This document shows, piece by piece, positions 35,241 through 48,142 of a stretch of 64,000 nt of DNA. Under the pieces are notes generated by a model. It was not told where the DNA came from, ran no database searches, and saw nothing but the letters and a program-made list of their open reading frames with translations. The translations under genes were made by a program, and so were the position numbers. How positions within the stretch are numbered: position 1 is the first letter of the stretch; the number at the start of each line of letters is the position of its first letter. The stretch is from Camelus dromedarius (Eukaryota), in contig NC_087463.1 of assembly GCF_036321535.1 (NCBI RefSeq), forward strand, positions 12,462,001 through 12,526,000. The letters run 5' to 3'.

Positions 35241-36199
35241 TAGATCATAGGGGAAAGGCCTGGTAAGATCATAAAATTCACATTACAGTTACAAATACAT
35301 CCTGCAAGGGTCAGGAATCATATGAATGTCAGAGACAGAAGCACATTCACATTTAACCAGGGGAGATCAAGGAAGTCATTCTGGAGAATAAGATGGCAGA
35401 GGTGGATTGGAGGTGCTTTCTAGGTAGAGAAAAAAAATACATAGGTTAATAATAATGGTCTCTCCTGTAGGAATTTATAAGAAATTGTGTATACCTTTCT
35501 CCGCAGAGCTCAAATAATTGCCCAAGCTTTATCCTAATTAACTTCCTCCCTTGTGAGGAAGGGAATAGGGTACTAATTTCAGTCTCTCATTTGCAGAAGA
35601 GGAAGATGACACTTCCAGAGCTTAAATAAATCTTTCAAGATCGTGCAGAACACCAATAAAGCAAAAACAACTACTACACATTGAGATCTGGGACTTCATC
35701 TCAGTCCACGGTCTGCTCACATAATCAATCTCTTATTTAAACCCAGGCCTGAGCATGGCCTTATGGTGTGTGCTTTGTAAATACTTGGCAAATTTATGCA
35801 CATCTTTCCTTTTTCTTTCTGCAAATAGAGAGCCTTCTTAGGGAGACTGTGGCGATGTGTTCGATTTTTGAGAATGAAGTAGAGAATTCATTGCTCCACA
35901 TTGTTCTTGGTAAACCCGGGGACTGCAGTATGTTGCTTGAAAAAGTCTATTTGGGGTTATTCCATTGGTTCTTCTCATCTGGAACCCTAGAACAAGTGAT
36001 TGAGGCTTCCAAATGTGGAGAGAAGTAAAGACATGGTAGTGGTATCTTAGCTCCTCCGAGCCATGAAGTCAACCAGCCAGGACAAGATAAAAGTTGTGGT
36101 AGGCTGTGAAAATAAACATAGTAGCCATCCATTTTCAGTGTGTGGACTGGTCTGTCAAAAAGTATGTGGACTTGTGCCCATAAATGGAGATTTATGAGG

Positions 36200-36672
36200 T
36201 AGTGTGACAGAGACTGACAATTGTCTTCTTCACCTCCCTCAGTAACAGAAATACTTTTATCTGATCACTTAGTCACCTAGGAAGAAGAAGAAGAAGAAAA
36301 AAAGACTATTTCCCAGCGTCTTGCATTCAGTCGAGTTAGATAGCTGACTTCTGGCCCATACAATAGAGGCAGAAGTTGATCATACAGTTCCCCGAAGCAT
36401 CCTTAAAGATAGAAGGAAGAGCCTTCTCCCTCTCCCTCTCCTCTCCTTCCTAATGGTTGGAATATAAACTTAATAGCTGGAGCTCCAGCAGCCACATTGA
36501 ACCATAAGGATCACTGCAAATGAAAGCCACAGATAGAAGAACCAGATAGAAGGAAACTTGAAATCATGTCCTGCTGTACCAGTTCTGGACCTCATGATTT
36601 CTGGAAGTGACAAAGGAAATTCTATGTTGTTTAAAGTCACTATTACCTGGGACGACTCATAGCTGAACATAG
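36200..36672 (+). mobile_element. MLT1 (H/I/J-like) MaLR LTR
   Basis: gactatttcccagcgtcttgc...atagctggagctccagcagccacattg...tctatgttgtttaaagtcact...tagctgaac. Confidence 0.8.
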
Positions 36673-37084
36673 GGGAGTGTGGAACAACCTCTTGTGTTTT
36701 GTAGTACGCTCCTCAATCAGGGGAGAAAAGAATGTTTTTCCCTAATTTCTCTGAATAGTGGCTAGTACAATAATTATTAGCTAGACCACTTATTTTGCAA
36801 TTTATCAAGAACTATCTTTTGACATTTTTTTGTTGTCATTGTTTCAAACTCATGTTTAAAGTGTTAATTACAATTCAACTTGTTGTACATTTCCATGCAT
36901 TAAACCTGTCTTTTCAACTAAATTGGGAACTTCTTTCATTATTGAGTTTCACTCATGAATTTCAAATTTTCAGTCTCAGTGATAACTTAGGGATACATTT
37001 ACCATCTGTGTTAAAATTGGAAATGCACTTTTTTTTTCAGAGACGATCTGTATGTTTGTGTAAAGAGAGTTACTGAAAAGCAAA

Positions 37085-37335
37085 GTAGCATGGGGTTTAA
37101 GAGCTTGGTTTAAACCCCAGACATACTACTAGGTGAGTTCCTTACCCTCCTTGTGCCTTAGTGTCCTCATCTGGATCATGAAAATAATGAAAATACATGA
37201 TAACAATATAGATAAAAATAATAAAATAAAATTCTAATTTAGCAGGCAGATACTATAACTAGTCTCATTTACAGGTGAGAGAACTGAGACTTGAAGAAAA
37301 TAAGTTGCTCAAGGTCACAGAATTAGTAAGAGGTG
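37085..37335. mobile_element. MIR fragments
   Basis: taccctccttgtgccttagtgtcctcatctgg and ctcattttacaggtgagagaactgagacttg...aaggtcacagaattagtaag. Confidence 0.65.
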
Positions 37336-39518
37336 CCAGCGGGGCTCACAGGCTGGCATCCCAGGCTGCTTCCTTGAAGATGTGATGGAGGCAAGACAGA
37401 TATTTCTGCTCAAACAATCTAAAAGTCTACTATAAACCTAGTATGTCTACCATTCATTTTACACTGGCTGTAAGCTTCCTTGTCATTTTTTTTTCACCTT
37501 GTTAGGATGCTTTCCCAAATCTAATAAAAACATCTTGAGGGGCACAACTCTATACAGTATACCTTTCTCACTCAAACATTTTATGAACAGTCAACAGAGA
37601 GTGTTAATATTGATGATGTTTTTGTGTTGGAGAGCACTGCAAACTATGGATAACGAACAGGATCATCCATTTTAATAGTGTTTCCTACCATGGCTAAAGT
37701 GATACAGAGCCCAAATATAAATCCTGCGAACCTATAATGACCATAGACACGCTAGACATGAAAATGATTATTTACACAATCATCAAGACATAAACAGTCC
37801 ATTCACTGCCTATCCTTTAGTTTTAACAAGTAGAGGTTCATTTCGTACATTAAATGAACTTGTTATTTTTGGCTTGTCTAAATTGGAAGGAAATTATTTC
37901 AATTGAAGGGTCAAAAAATAAAATTCCCAATCTGAGCCATAGGATATTTACCTAAGAATTATTTGGGGACTGCCGAGATGACTTCAGGGGGTAACATATT
38001 ATTGCTTATTAATCACTGTTACAGTCTTAACTCTAGTTAAATCACCTTAGTTGAGAAAATGTAATAGTAATGTGATTGTTAAAATCTATAAGAGACTTAC
38101 TATTAAAATTGTGTATAATTTTTGAAGTAAAATTATCAATGTAAAAATCCAAAATTAGATGATGGTTAAGTTAGGAAGCCATAATTTATATTTATAAAAT
38201 AGTCTTCACTATTAAAGATAAATCATAGATTTACTCTGGAGAATATGTACTTTAAGTGTCTATTTATAGATACGAACATCCCACAAAATGGCAGTTGCCC
38301 TGAAGTTAGTCCCATTTTTAACTGAAGACCCTGATAGAATTGTAACACTGATTTATGGTTGTTTAGGACGTTATAGTTCATAAATCACTTTGTCCTCTTC
38401 TACCTCATTTAACTCTCATATGAATTCTGAGGTAGCAGGTAGTGTTGTCCATCCCCATTTTACAAAATAGGAAGGCAAGGATCAGTCTGTATGTAGACAG
38501 TAAATAGCTGACCTATTTATTTGGAGTCCAAATCCAGCATCTTCCTAACATAACTTGCTTCAAAATCTTAGCATAGGTCACTGACAGACTTATAGTCCCC
38601 AAATCTGATTTTTACCAAGCTTTCCAGGAAAGGTCAAATAAAGAATGGCTATAATGTGTACACTGGATCAATGTGTGAAGCTAAAACACATTTGTCCCCA
38701 GTCTAGCAAAAAAATAAAAGAATGCATAAGAGCATATCTGTTAACTCTGCTCTAAACATATTCATATTATCTATGGATAGGCATCAAGCCTTCATTTACC
38801 TCAGGAGGTTCAAGGAGAAATAGTTTGAATTAAAAAACAAAACACCAAAGAACTAGAGTCAAAATCCTTGATTTTTCCCCGCAATCAAAAGAACAAGTCA
38901 GAACTGCTAAAATCTTCCTTCCCCCATTACTGAGGTGCAAATGCCGTTTCACCAACTCTCCCAGCAATGTCTTAACCAGAATTAAACCCTGAGTGTGGTG
39001 TCTATGGACATCCAATGACTGGGTACCCAGACGATCTTGGGCCCAGGTGCAGAACAAACAAATCCTCTTCCTAAAGTGTTCCCCTTTTTAATAATAACAA
39101 TAATAAAATTACAATCACTTTTTCAATAAGTTTTTCCCCATTTGGAAAAGCGGAGTCCATAAGCGTGGCTCTCTCTGGTCCAAAGCACACTGTTCATGCC
39201 TCTTAATGATCGACCCCCATAGTTTACTAATCATGAGCTCATCCCACCTTGGTGGGTTAATATTGGCACTGAGCTCACTTACGAAGTCTATTTATTATCA
39301 GTTTTTCAAATTAGTAGTTGATTGGCATTTCAGCCTAACTTCTTTTGAGGGGCAGTGTCTCTGTATACAACTAATTAAACTAAGAAACTCATCTGTTCAA
39401 AGTTGCAAGACTTAAGATTGTGAAAAAATAGCACTTTTTGCCTCAAAATTGCTATACTCATATGTACAAAGTTTCTATATAATGTGATGAAATAATTATT
39501 GTAATTAGCATCTTAATT

Positions 39519-39744
39519 NNNNNNNNNNNNNNNNNNNNNNNNNNNNNNNNNNNNNNNNNNNNNNNNNNNNNNNNNNNNNNNNNNNNNNNNNNNNNNNNNN
39601 NNNNNNNNNNNNNNNNNNNNNNNNNNNNNNNNNNNNNNNNNNNNNNNNNNNNNNNNNNNNNNNNNNNNNNNNNNNNNNNNNNNNNNNNNNNNNNNNNNNN
39701 NNNNNNNNNNNNNNNNNNNNNNNNNNNNNNNNNNNNNNNNNNNN
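39519..39744. other. Assembly gap (226 N)
   Basis: N run in AT-rich sequence. Confidence 0.95.
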
Positions 39745-42589
39745 ATTAAGGAATTCACACACTGAAAATTTAAAGGCAAAGAAGCGAAAAGAACCACATA
39801 ATCAATATTTCCCTAAACACTAATCAGAAAATAAATGTTAATATTCCTCTCACAGTGTGATATTAAAAATATAAATAAAAGGCACCAAACTTGAGAAAAT
39901 TAAGTGAAAGCATGGACAGGTGATTGGAAGTTGAATGTGAATATCTGTTTTACCCAAATGAATGTAAATTTCATTAGTTGATAATTAAAAGGAAATTATA
40001 CAGACATTACAATTACTGCCAATGGCATAAATTATGAAGCTGTGTGGCAAAACAATTTAGGAGCCCACATTGCTGTTAGTATTGTCAGACTGGTTACCAG
40101 AGAAACCCAGGATAAATAATAAACTCTGTGACTATGGAAATGAGGCCTTGATGTGTTGCTAAGCTGTTAAGGCTAATGTCATTGTATGACACAATAATGT
40201 TAAACATTATTATTTTTTTAATTATGTCAGTTAATTAGAATTGTTCCTGTTAATTGCCTATGATTCATCTCCAGATGAAAAATGCTCAGGTAAGAGCTTT
40301 GGCTTTTTCCCTCCCAACACACCATCTGAAATGAGGTCTGAGTTTTGTACAATTGGATTTTACAAATACCATTAGCTGGAGCAACAACAATAACCATGAT
40401 CAAATTCACCTGTAAGACACGTACCTGAATAAAGATAGATTATTAAGGAAAGTGCTCAAGGATGAAAGGCCATCATTCTACTACTGTGGACTTAAAGATA
40501 GACCTTCCGTTCCCAAATGTTTTTGTGTCAAGGATTTTCACCAACAAATTCAAAACGAAAGCTTGTAAGAAGGGTAAACTAAAGACTACCAGACGTTTGC
40601 CTAATCTACCAATACCAAAACACTGAACTCCTCCAAAGCTTCGGTTTCTTTTCTTGTATTTCATGACCTCAGAAAAGATTTATATTTTCTTCATTTTATT
40701 CATGCCATTCAATACTTCCTGAGCATCTTAATATATAATAAGGACCATATTAAACACTGGATGTCCAGTTGCAGGAAAATCGTAGGAGCCTGCCTTCTCA
40801 GAGTTTAGAACTTAAAACCACAAAAGCAGCAGGAAACGATTTACTGTCACTGAGACTGTCAAAACTTTAAAATCTTGCCATATCTTCATGGCCAGAATTT
40901 CAACAAACTAACTTTAACTTCCTTAGTGTTCCCTTGTCTTGAATAAGAGCATAAATTCTTGCTCATGAAGTTCTGTCCATTATCGTATTCCTCGTGGCCA
41001 AACAGTGGTTTATAGTAGGTGTTCACATAATTTTTGTTGAGTAGATGAATTAGCCATCACAGAAAATGAAAACAGTATCAAATAAGCCTCTCAAGATAGA
41101 TTTTGTTCCATTGATATCAAATGCCCTTAACGTAACATTGAGAGTTTACACTGAAGAAAAAGAACCATTTTTTAAAAAATAGGTCAATTTTTCAGGGGCT
41201 ATACTTCAGGATTAGGTGCAAGGAAATGCTATAGGATTTGTGTTTATATTTTAATAAGAAGTCCTTGTTTTTAAAATGTTTAAAGTTTTTAGGGCAAGAG
41301 GGGATTCCAAAGAACAATTTTCCACACCCTAATTAAATGACATCTGTTACGTGATCTCTCCAACTTCCCACAATGTGGAGTAGTAGCAGGGAAGACTCAT
41401 TTCATAGATGAGCAAAAGAATCAGGACAGGATAGGACTTTCCACACCACCAGCCATCTGCAAAATACACCCTTCAAAGAAATTTTCAATTAAAATTTTTT
41501 TAATTAAAAAAAAAAAGAAACTTCAAAAAGTGTTTACCCCACACTTGTGGGGTAGCCTGATTAATGCACAACCCTGGTTCTCCAATCCTTGCCTTGGTTC
41601 TGAAACAAAGCTGATATTTCAGTTCTCATATTTCCATTTGGGTTTTAATGAAAAGGATAATTTTTCTGCTCCTAAACCTCTTTCTTGAATTGGTTACAGC
41701 AATTTCAATTCGGTGGCAGGAGGGGCTGACAAGGACAATGAAAAGATGCTTTACCACCTGCAAGTCTCTGGAAAACTTCACATGTCATAACCTTTACCTA
41801 GAGTCTAAACCAACGGGCAGGGATGGCTGTGTAGCAGAAATCCACTATCTCTGCATTACAAGGGAAGCTTATTTAAGGATAAAGGACTAGACGATGTTAA
41901 CACACAGAATAATGGACCCTGTACCCATTTGCACCTTTCTAGACAACCTCCCAGCTTATTCCACATACTATTCAATAGTCAAGCTGCCAGGCAGACTTTC
42001 TGTCCTTCCAAAGATGGTCTCGCTCCTTGAAGTTTCAGTTTTTGTAATCTGGCTGATTGGAGAACTTGGCTAAGCAAAGCATCATCAGAGATGATTTCCC
42101 TTGTTGTGAATTCAAAAGGCTTCAGCACACAGCACAAATGATCCATTAGCGTTCATTGTCTAGAGTTCAAGAAAACACCTTCTGCAGCATTGTCAGTAAT
42201 GTGTGTGAGTTTTTTTCCTTCTCTTTCTTCTCCTTCTATGGGAAAAAGCATGCATCTCGACATATAGAACGGCTGGTTTTTCAGTCTGTGAGCACTTTAT
42301 GTATGATTAACTAAAGTTGGGGAAAACTATCATGCTTCAAAAATTCTCAGAGAATTCTGGAAAATGGCAAGAGCAAATCCCAAAGAGACTGGGAAAGGCT
42401 GCAGTATTTCTAAGTTTATTGAAAAAGCGTAAGTCAAAAAAAAAAAAAAATCACTAGAGGAATAAAACCGACTAGTGTGCATGGTAAAATATTTTTAGGC
42501 AGTTGAGATAAAATAAAACATCGTCAACTCTTTTAGCTTACAGTTCTGTTGTAAAAACGAGAACTTAAAACAACACATTGAAAAAATAG

Positions 42590-43860
42590 TAAACCAAAAT
42601 GACTTTGATAAAGAACAAAATTGGAGGACTAGCCCTATCTGATTTCAAGACTTATTATGAAGCCATAGTAACCAAGACAGAGGGGCAATTGGTGCAAAGA
42701 TAAATGAATAGATCAATGGAACAGAATAGAGTCCAGAAATAGACTCATACATATATGATATGTGGACAATTGATTTTCAACAAAGATGCAAAAGCATTAG
42801 ATGGAAAAAGGATAGTCTTTTCAACAAATGGTGCCTAACAATTCAATTTCCAGATGCAAAATAAGATTAACTTTGATCAATACCAACATAAACGTTAATT
42901 CAAAATGCAACATAGACCTAAATGTTAAACCTAATACTTTAAAACTTAAAAAGAAAACATAGGAATAAAACTTTGTGACCTTGGGATGGGCAAAGATATC
43001 TTAGATTTCAACACCAAAAGCATGATCCATAAAAGAACAAAGCAATGAATCAGACATTGTCAAAATTAAAATTTTCTGTTCTTAAAATCACTGATAAGAA
43101 AATGAAGAGACTAGTCACAGAGTGAGAAAGAATTTGCAAATCATATATCTGGTAAAAGACTTGCATCTAGAATATATAAATAACTCTCAAAATTCAATAA
43201 TAAGAAAACAACCAACCTTTTTTTTTTTAAATGGGCAAAACATTTGTACTGACTTCACCAAAGATATATAGATAGCAAATAAGCACACAAAAAGGGTACT
43301 TGATATCATTTGTCATTAGAAAATGCAGATTAAAATCAAAATGAAATACAAGTTCACATCTATTTTAACGGCTAAAATTATAAAAACTGACCACCACAAG
43401 TGTTAAAAAAGATATGGAAGAACTGAAACTCTCATATACTGCTGATGGGAATATAAAATTATACAACCACTTTGGAAACAGCTTGACCATTTCTTAAAAA
43501 GTTAAAGATACATCTATGATGATATGATTCAGCTATTCAATTCCTATGCAGTTACACAAAAGAAATGAAAACTTGTCCATACAAAGACTTGTATGTAACT
43601 GCTCTTAGTAGCTTTATTTGTAACAGCCAATCCGATGTCTATCAATAATTGAATGAGTAAGCAAATTGTGGTATATTCATACAATAGAATACTATTCAGC
43701 AATAAAAAGTATTGAATTGCTGATAACCCAACAACATGCATGGATCTCAAATTATGCTTGGTGAAATAAGGCAGACAAAAGAGGGTACATACTTATGGTT
43801 CCATTTATATATAGTTCTAGAAAAGCTCTATAAAGCTCTAGAATTGGTAGTGACAAAAAT
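42590..43860 (+). mobile_element. Old L1M ORF2 3' end and 3'UTR
   Basis: aacaaaattggaggactagccctatctgatttcaagacttattatg...cagaatagagtccagaaatagac...cttttcaacaaatggtg...ctcatatactgctgatgggaat...aatactattcagcaataaaaag. Confidence 0.9.
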
Positions 43861-44189
43861 CAAGCAGACTCCATAATCCCATTTCTTTCTCCAACAGGGC
43901 GCATGATTTTTGTCCTCTGCTGAATGTGGCTTAAAAACACACTGATACTAACTTAAAATTTAATCAATAAATGCAGCAGTCCTATATTTAATATGGAGTA
44001 TTGGGCTGGAACAGAAGATTCCATTCTCATGGAAGCCACAGAGAAACCTGTGGAAGTCCAAGGGAAGACAGTCACACCCAGATCTTCTATTTCCTGTCAA
44101 GGAAAATCCAGCATTCTTGACAGAAAACTGGCTTTTTCAGTGACAGGAAAATAAAACCCCAAACTTTTGAATTGTGGTGATGGTTATTG

Positions 44190-44272
44190 TTCTAATGATG
44201 GTGATGGTGAAGCTGTTTCTCACCCTCCTCTTCTTCCTCCCCCTCTTCCTCCTCCTCCTCCTTCTCCTTTCA
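44190..44272. repeat. Low-complexity (GAT/GGT)n followed by a polypyrimidine (CCT)n tract
   Basis: ggtgatggttattgttctaatgatggtgatggtg followed by ccctcctcttcttcctccccctcttcctcctcctcctcc. Confidence 0.7.
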
Positions 44273-45429
44273 TGCCGCCATATGCCTCTCTCATCTAAGT
44301 GAACACAAGCAGTTGTTGTTCATCCTGCCTGATCCCAGGGACCTAAATGAACTATGTCACCCTCAAAGCTAAGAGCAACTCAAGCACCATGTGAATATCG
44401 ATTAGATTCCCTCTCGCACAGCCAGTTAAATGTTTCTGGACTTGCTTTGTTCTGCTTGGTGATGCTTTTGGTTCTCTATACCCTTCTGATGACAAGGAGA
44501 GTTGGAGGCTTTATGGGACACCCAGCAGAGCAGTCTACACGCAAAGGTCCTCGCTGATGGACAGCGTGAAAGCTGTAGGTCAGAAGGTTGCTACTTAAAG
44601 TCATTATTTTTGCTAATATGCATGGAACGCTCTTTGTCCTGTGCTTTAGCACCAATATACTTCAAGAGTCTAGCCTTCCTCTTCATTCTTACAAGAATCT
44701 AATTCAGCTATAATACTATCTAACTTCTTATGTTGAAAGCTTTAGAAACATAACTTGTATCGGGTTTAGATAACTAAAGCATATTCATTTTTTTATGTTC
44801 GTCTGAAGTCTTTGACAAAATATTCACAATTCATTTCTTAGCTCAGAGTTTCACAGCAGAGAATGTTTTTGTGGACTGCTTGGGACTGTCTTTGACTGAG
44901 GAATCCAGAGATTATTATAGTATTTAATTCCAGAAATTGTATGCGGTATTTCTTCTCAAACTGTACGTTATTCCTAAATGAAGTCATCTTAGGAAACACT
45001 CTGCGATAACCTTCAGTTCATATAAAAGTTCAATCACCGTTTTAAAAAGAGGGTCTTAAAACTTCACTAGTCAAAGTGCTTGTGCGTTTTTCTGAATTAC
45101 AAGGATCAAAGGCATTAACTCTAACTGCAGTGAACATATATGTTGGTTTTAGTCCGTACAGAGAGGGCGACACATAGCCTCTCATGTGAGTTTATTAAAC
45201 TACCGAAGTACAGGATCTGTGTCCTACCGTGGTTGTGTGTGAAGACATGACACATTTCTAACATCTTCTACAGACAGACGTTAAAGGAATCGGCCTTATA
45301 TTGTTTCTCACTTACAGTTCACGAAGACAACCCAGGCAATTTAGGAAGAAAATGAAAGACAAAATAACTAAATGCCGAATTATGATTTCCGTACTTCGAT
45401 TTTGATGCTCTGCTGGAAGATGGAGCTCT

Positions 45430-45861
45430 TTAATATTCCACAACGCCTGTGACAACTACTTCTCCAAGTGTTGGATATGCAATTTCGATCTCTTNNNNNN
45501 NNNNNNNNNNNNNNNNNNNNNNNNNNNNNNNNNNNNNNNNNNNNNNNNNNNNNNNNNNNNNNNNNNNNNNNNNNNNNNNNNNNNNNNNNNNNNNNNNNNN
45601 NNNNNNNNNNNNNNNNNNNNNNNNNNNNNNNNNNNNNNNNNNNNNNNNNNNNNNNNNNNNNNNNNNNNNNNNNNNNNNNNNNNNNNNNNNNNNNNNNNNN
45701 NNNNNNNNNNNNNNNNNNNNNNNNNNNNNNNNNNNNNNNNNNNNNNNNNNNNNNNNNNNNNNNNNNNNNNNNNNNNNNNNNNNNNNNNNNNNNNGGACAT
45801 GAAGATGTGTTCTATCTGGAGCAAATTTCCAATATTTTGAAGCTGTATCTCCTTGTGTCAG
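45430..45861 (-). other. Candidate coding terminal exon or pseudo-exon spanning the 300-N gap; product unknown
   Basis: Acceptor attaactttttag|, then LTQGDTASKYWKFAPDRTHLHV, the gap, and EIEIAYPTLGEVVVTGVVEY-TAA. The two sides are in frame if the gap is exactly 300 nt. AATAAA lies on the minus strand at 45191-45196. Confidence 0.3.
45495..45794. other. Assembly gap (300 N)
   Basis: N run in unique-looking, non-repeat sequence. Confidence 0.95.
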
Positions 45862-46364
45862 CTAAAAAGTTAATACGTACGTCTTAATTACACAAACACA
45901 CACACACACTCTCTTGCATCGAATATACACCTTTCATTTGCATGAGTTCAGAATAAGTGCTTAGCTTGGTAGAAGCCGAGGTGGAGGGAAAATAAATCTT
46001 CTCTGAAGGAGTGCCTGGTCATTACCAGTGAATGGGAATGAAAAGCATATTTCAGTGAGCATCTCCTAATTATCCCATAAGAGAGGCGCGATAATTGGCG
46101 TAGACTAGATCAATGTTGTCGCGTCTTTATCATTTCCAGTGATTCATGGCGCTTTAGAAATGTTAGCATGTAATATTGTGCATTTGTTCTTTTCATTTCA
46201 GGGCAAAATAAAGTGCTGATCTTAAATACAAGTGTAGTAAGGAGAACTACAGCTCAAAGCAGACTTCATTCATTTGAATATTTTTTTTCATATCACGGGA
46301 CTAAGGTACCAACGGATCCTCAATAACCATTATAAGAGGCAATGAGACAAAGGGGACATGTACT

Positions 46365-46520
46365 GGCCGAGGACTCAGGAGATCTAGGACCAAATTCCTG
46401 CTCCACGTTTAATTAGATGTGACCTTTAACAAATTACTTGCCCTCTTTGGACCTTAGTTTCTTCACCTATAAAATGAGACTATTAGAGACTTAACTTCTA
46501 AGGACGCTTCCAACTTCCAA
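46365..46520. mobile_element. MIR fragment
   Basis: gatctaggaccaaattcctgctcc...gtgacctttaacaaattacttgccctctttggaccttagtttcttcacctataaaatgag. Confidence 0.7.
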
Positions 46521-46825
46521 CCGCAGTTTTTCTCAATACTATTAGCTCTGTGATACACAGCACTTAATTTTATAAATAGAAAAAACTTGCTAGATAGCGT
46601 TCCTTCTTCCTAAAATTCAAAATGAAAGGAAATATGTATTTCTTTTAAAAGGAAACATTTGGATGTAAAGCATCTGATGTAGCTCTAGGTACCTAGAGTA
46701 GTTATTCAATATTTTATTCAATACACCAACAATCCAATATTATGCTAGCTTGTTAAACAGGCAATAAAAAGAAATAACAAGGTTAAGATGGGAACATACG
46801 TAAGATTTGACATAAAGCTGTTCTT

Positions 46826-47218
46826 TAACTTTTTTATTGAAGTCTAGTTGATTTACAATGTTGTGGTAGTTTTGGGTGTCCAGCAAAGTGATTCAGTTGT
46901 ACCTATATATTATTTTTCAGATTCTTTTTCATTATAGGCTATTACAAGATATTGAGTGTAGTTCCCTGTGCTATACAGTAGATCCTTGTTGTTTATCTAT
47001 TTTATGTACAGTAGTTTGTATCTGCTAATCCCAAACTCCTAATTTGTCCCTTGCCCCCACCTTCCTCTTTGGTAACCATAAGTTTGTTTTCTATGTCTGT
47101 GAGTCTGCTTCTGTTCTGTAAATAATTTCAATTGTATCATATTTTTCAGATTCCACATGTAAGTGATATCATGTGATATTTGTCTTTCTCTGTCTGACTT
47201 ACTTTACTTAGTGTGATG
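46826..47218 (-). mobile_element. Cetartiodactyl/camelid L1 3' end
   Basis: ttttattgaagtctagttgatttacaatgttg...gttccctgtgctatacagtag...ggtaaccataagtttgttttctatgtctgtgagtct...ttccacatgtaagtgatatcatg. Confidence 0.9.
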
Positions 47219-47929
47219 TCATGCAAATAAAGTTAAAATGGCTCTGCTTTTCTAACTCCTACCAAAGCCCCCTGTTCAACCGCACACAATTTTATCCTTG
47301 GGGACTAGTACTTGGGATAGAAGGAAAAAAGGTAAAAGCAACCAAAGTCATTGGAATCCGGCTCTTTGGTAGCTGGCATGTCATCAGTAAGAAGTAATTG
47401 GCCATTTTGGTGTGATCTATAACCCGCAAAGAGCTGTTAGCAGTTTTTGTGCTACTGGAGTGGAATAAAGAGACTCTGAGTAACAACGCCCTGGAACTCG
47501 ACTCCAGGAGCACAGTCAGTGTGGTTCTGGCCAACGTGACTGGTGACAGAAGCCCTTGAACTGCAGGAGAAAATGTAGTTGATCTTGAGCTGGACACATC
47601 TGATGATGCATTGTTGGAACCCCTCTTCCAGTCAGCATAAACATCATCATCCCTGCTGCTACTGAGAGAACACAGAGGAAGTACTTTTATCCGCTAGGAA
47701 GCCCATGGTTTTCCGAAGCCAAAACACAGGTTTGGAAAGAGCAGCTTTATCACCATTTACATAGAGAAGTAAATTTGAGTGCAAAGAATCCTGACTGGTT
47801 TGCCTATTGACGCAATTCACTTAGACTTTCAGGAATACAGGGCTTGGGCATTCACACAGGAGATAACTCCCAGTTAAGCTACCAGCAGTACCAATCCAAA
47901 TCCATGTTGGGTATTTTTTTTGAGCTGAA

Positions 47930-48142
47930 TAAGTTTTTATTCTATTTTATTGAGATATGGTTCGTGTACAATGTTGTGTTAATTTCTGGTGTACAGCATA
48001 ATGATTCAGTTTATATATATATATATATTCCTTTTCATATTCTTTTTCATTATAGGCAATTACAAGCTATTGAATAGAGTTCCCTATGCTATACAGTAGG
48101 ACCTTGTTGTTTATCTATTTTATATATAGTAGTTTATATCAT
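47930..48142 (-). mobile_element. Short L1 3' end
   Basis: tacaatgttgtgttaatttctggtgtacagcataatgattcag...gttccctatgctatacagtaggaccttgttgtttatct. Confidence 0.9.

Noticed and set aside
39505-39760. Short inverted similarity (cttaat / attaag) on either side of the 226-N gap
   Set aside because: A six-base AT-rich match is expected by chance, and the gap content is unknown.
40275-40289. 15-nt plus-strand micro-exon candidate (ctccag|ATGAAAAATGCTCAG|gtaaga)
   Set aside because: Good splice signals but no plus-strand gene context; not supportable alone.
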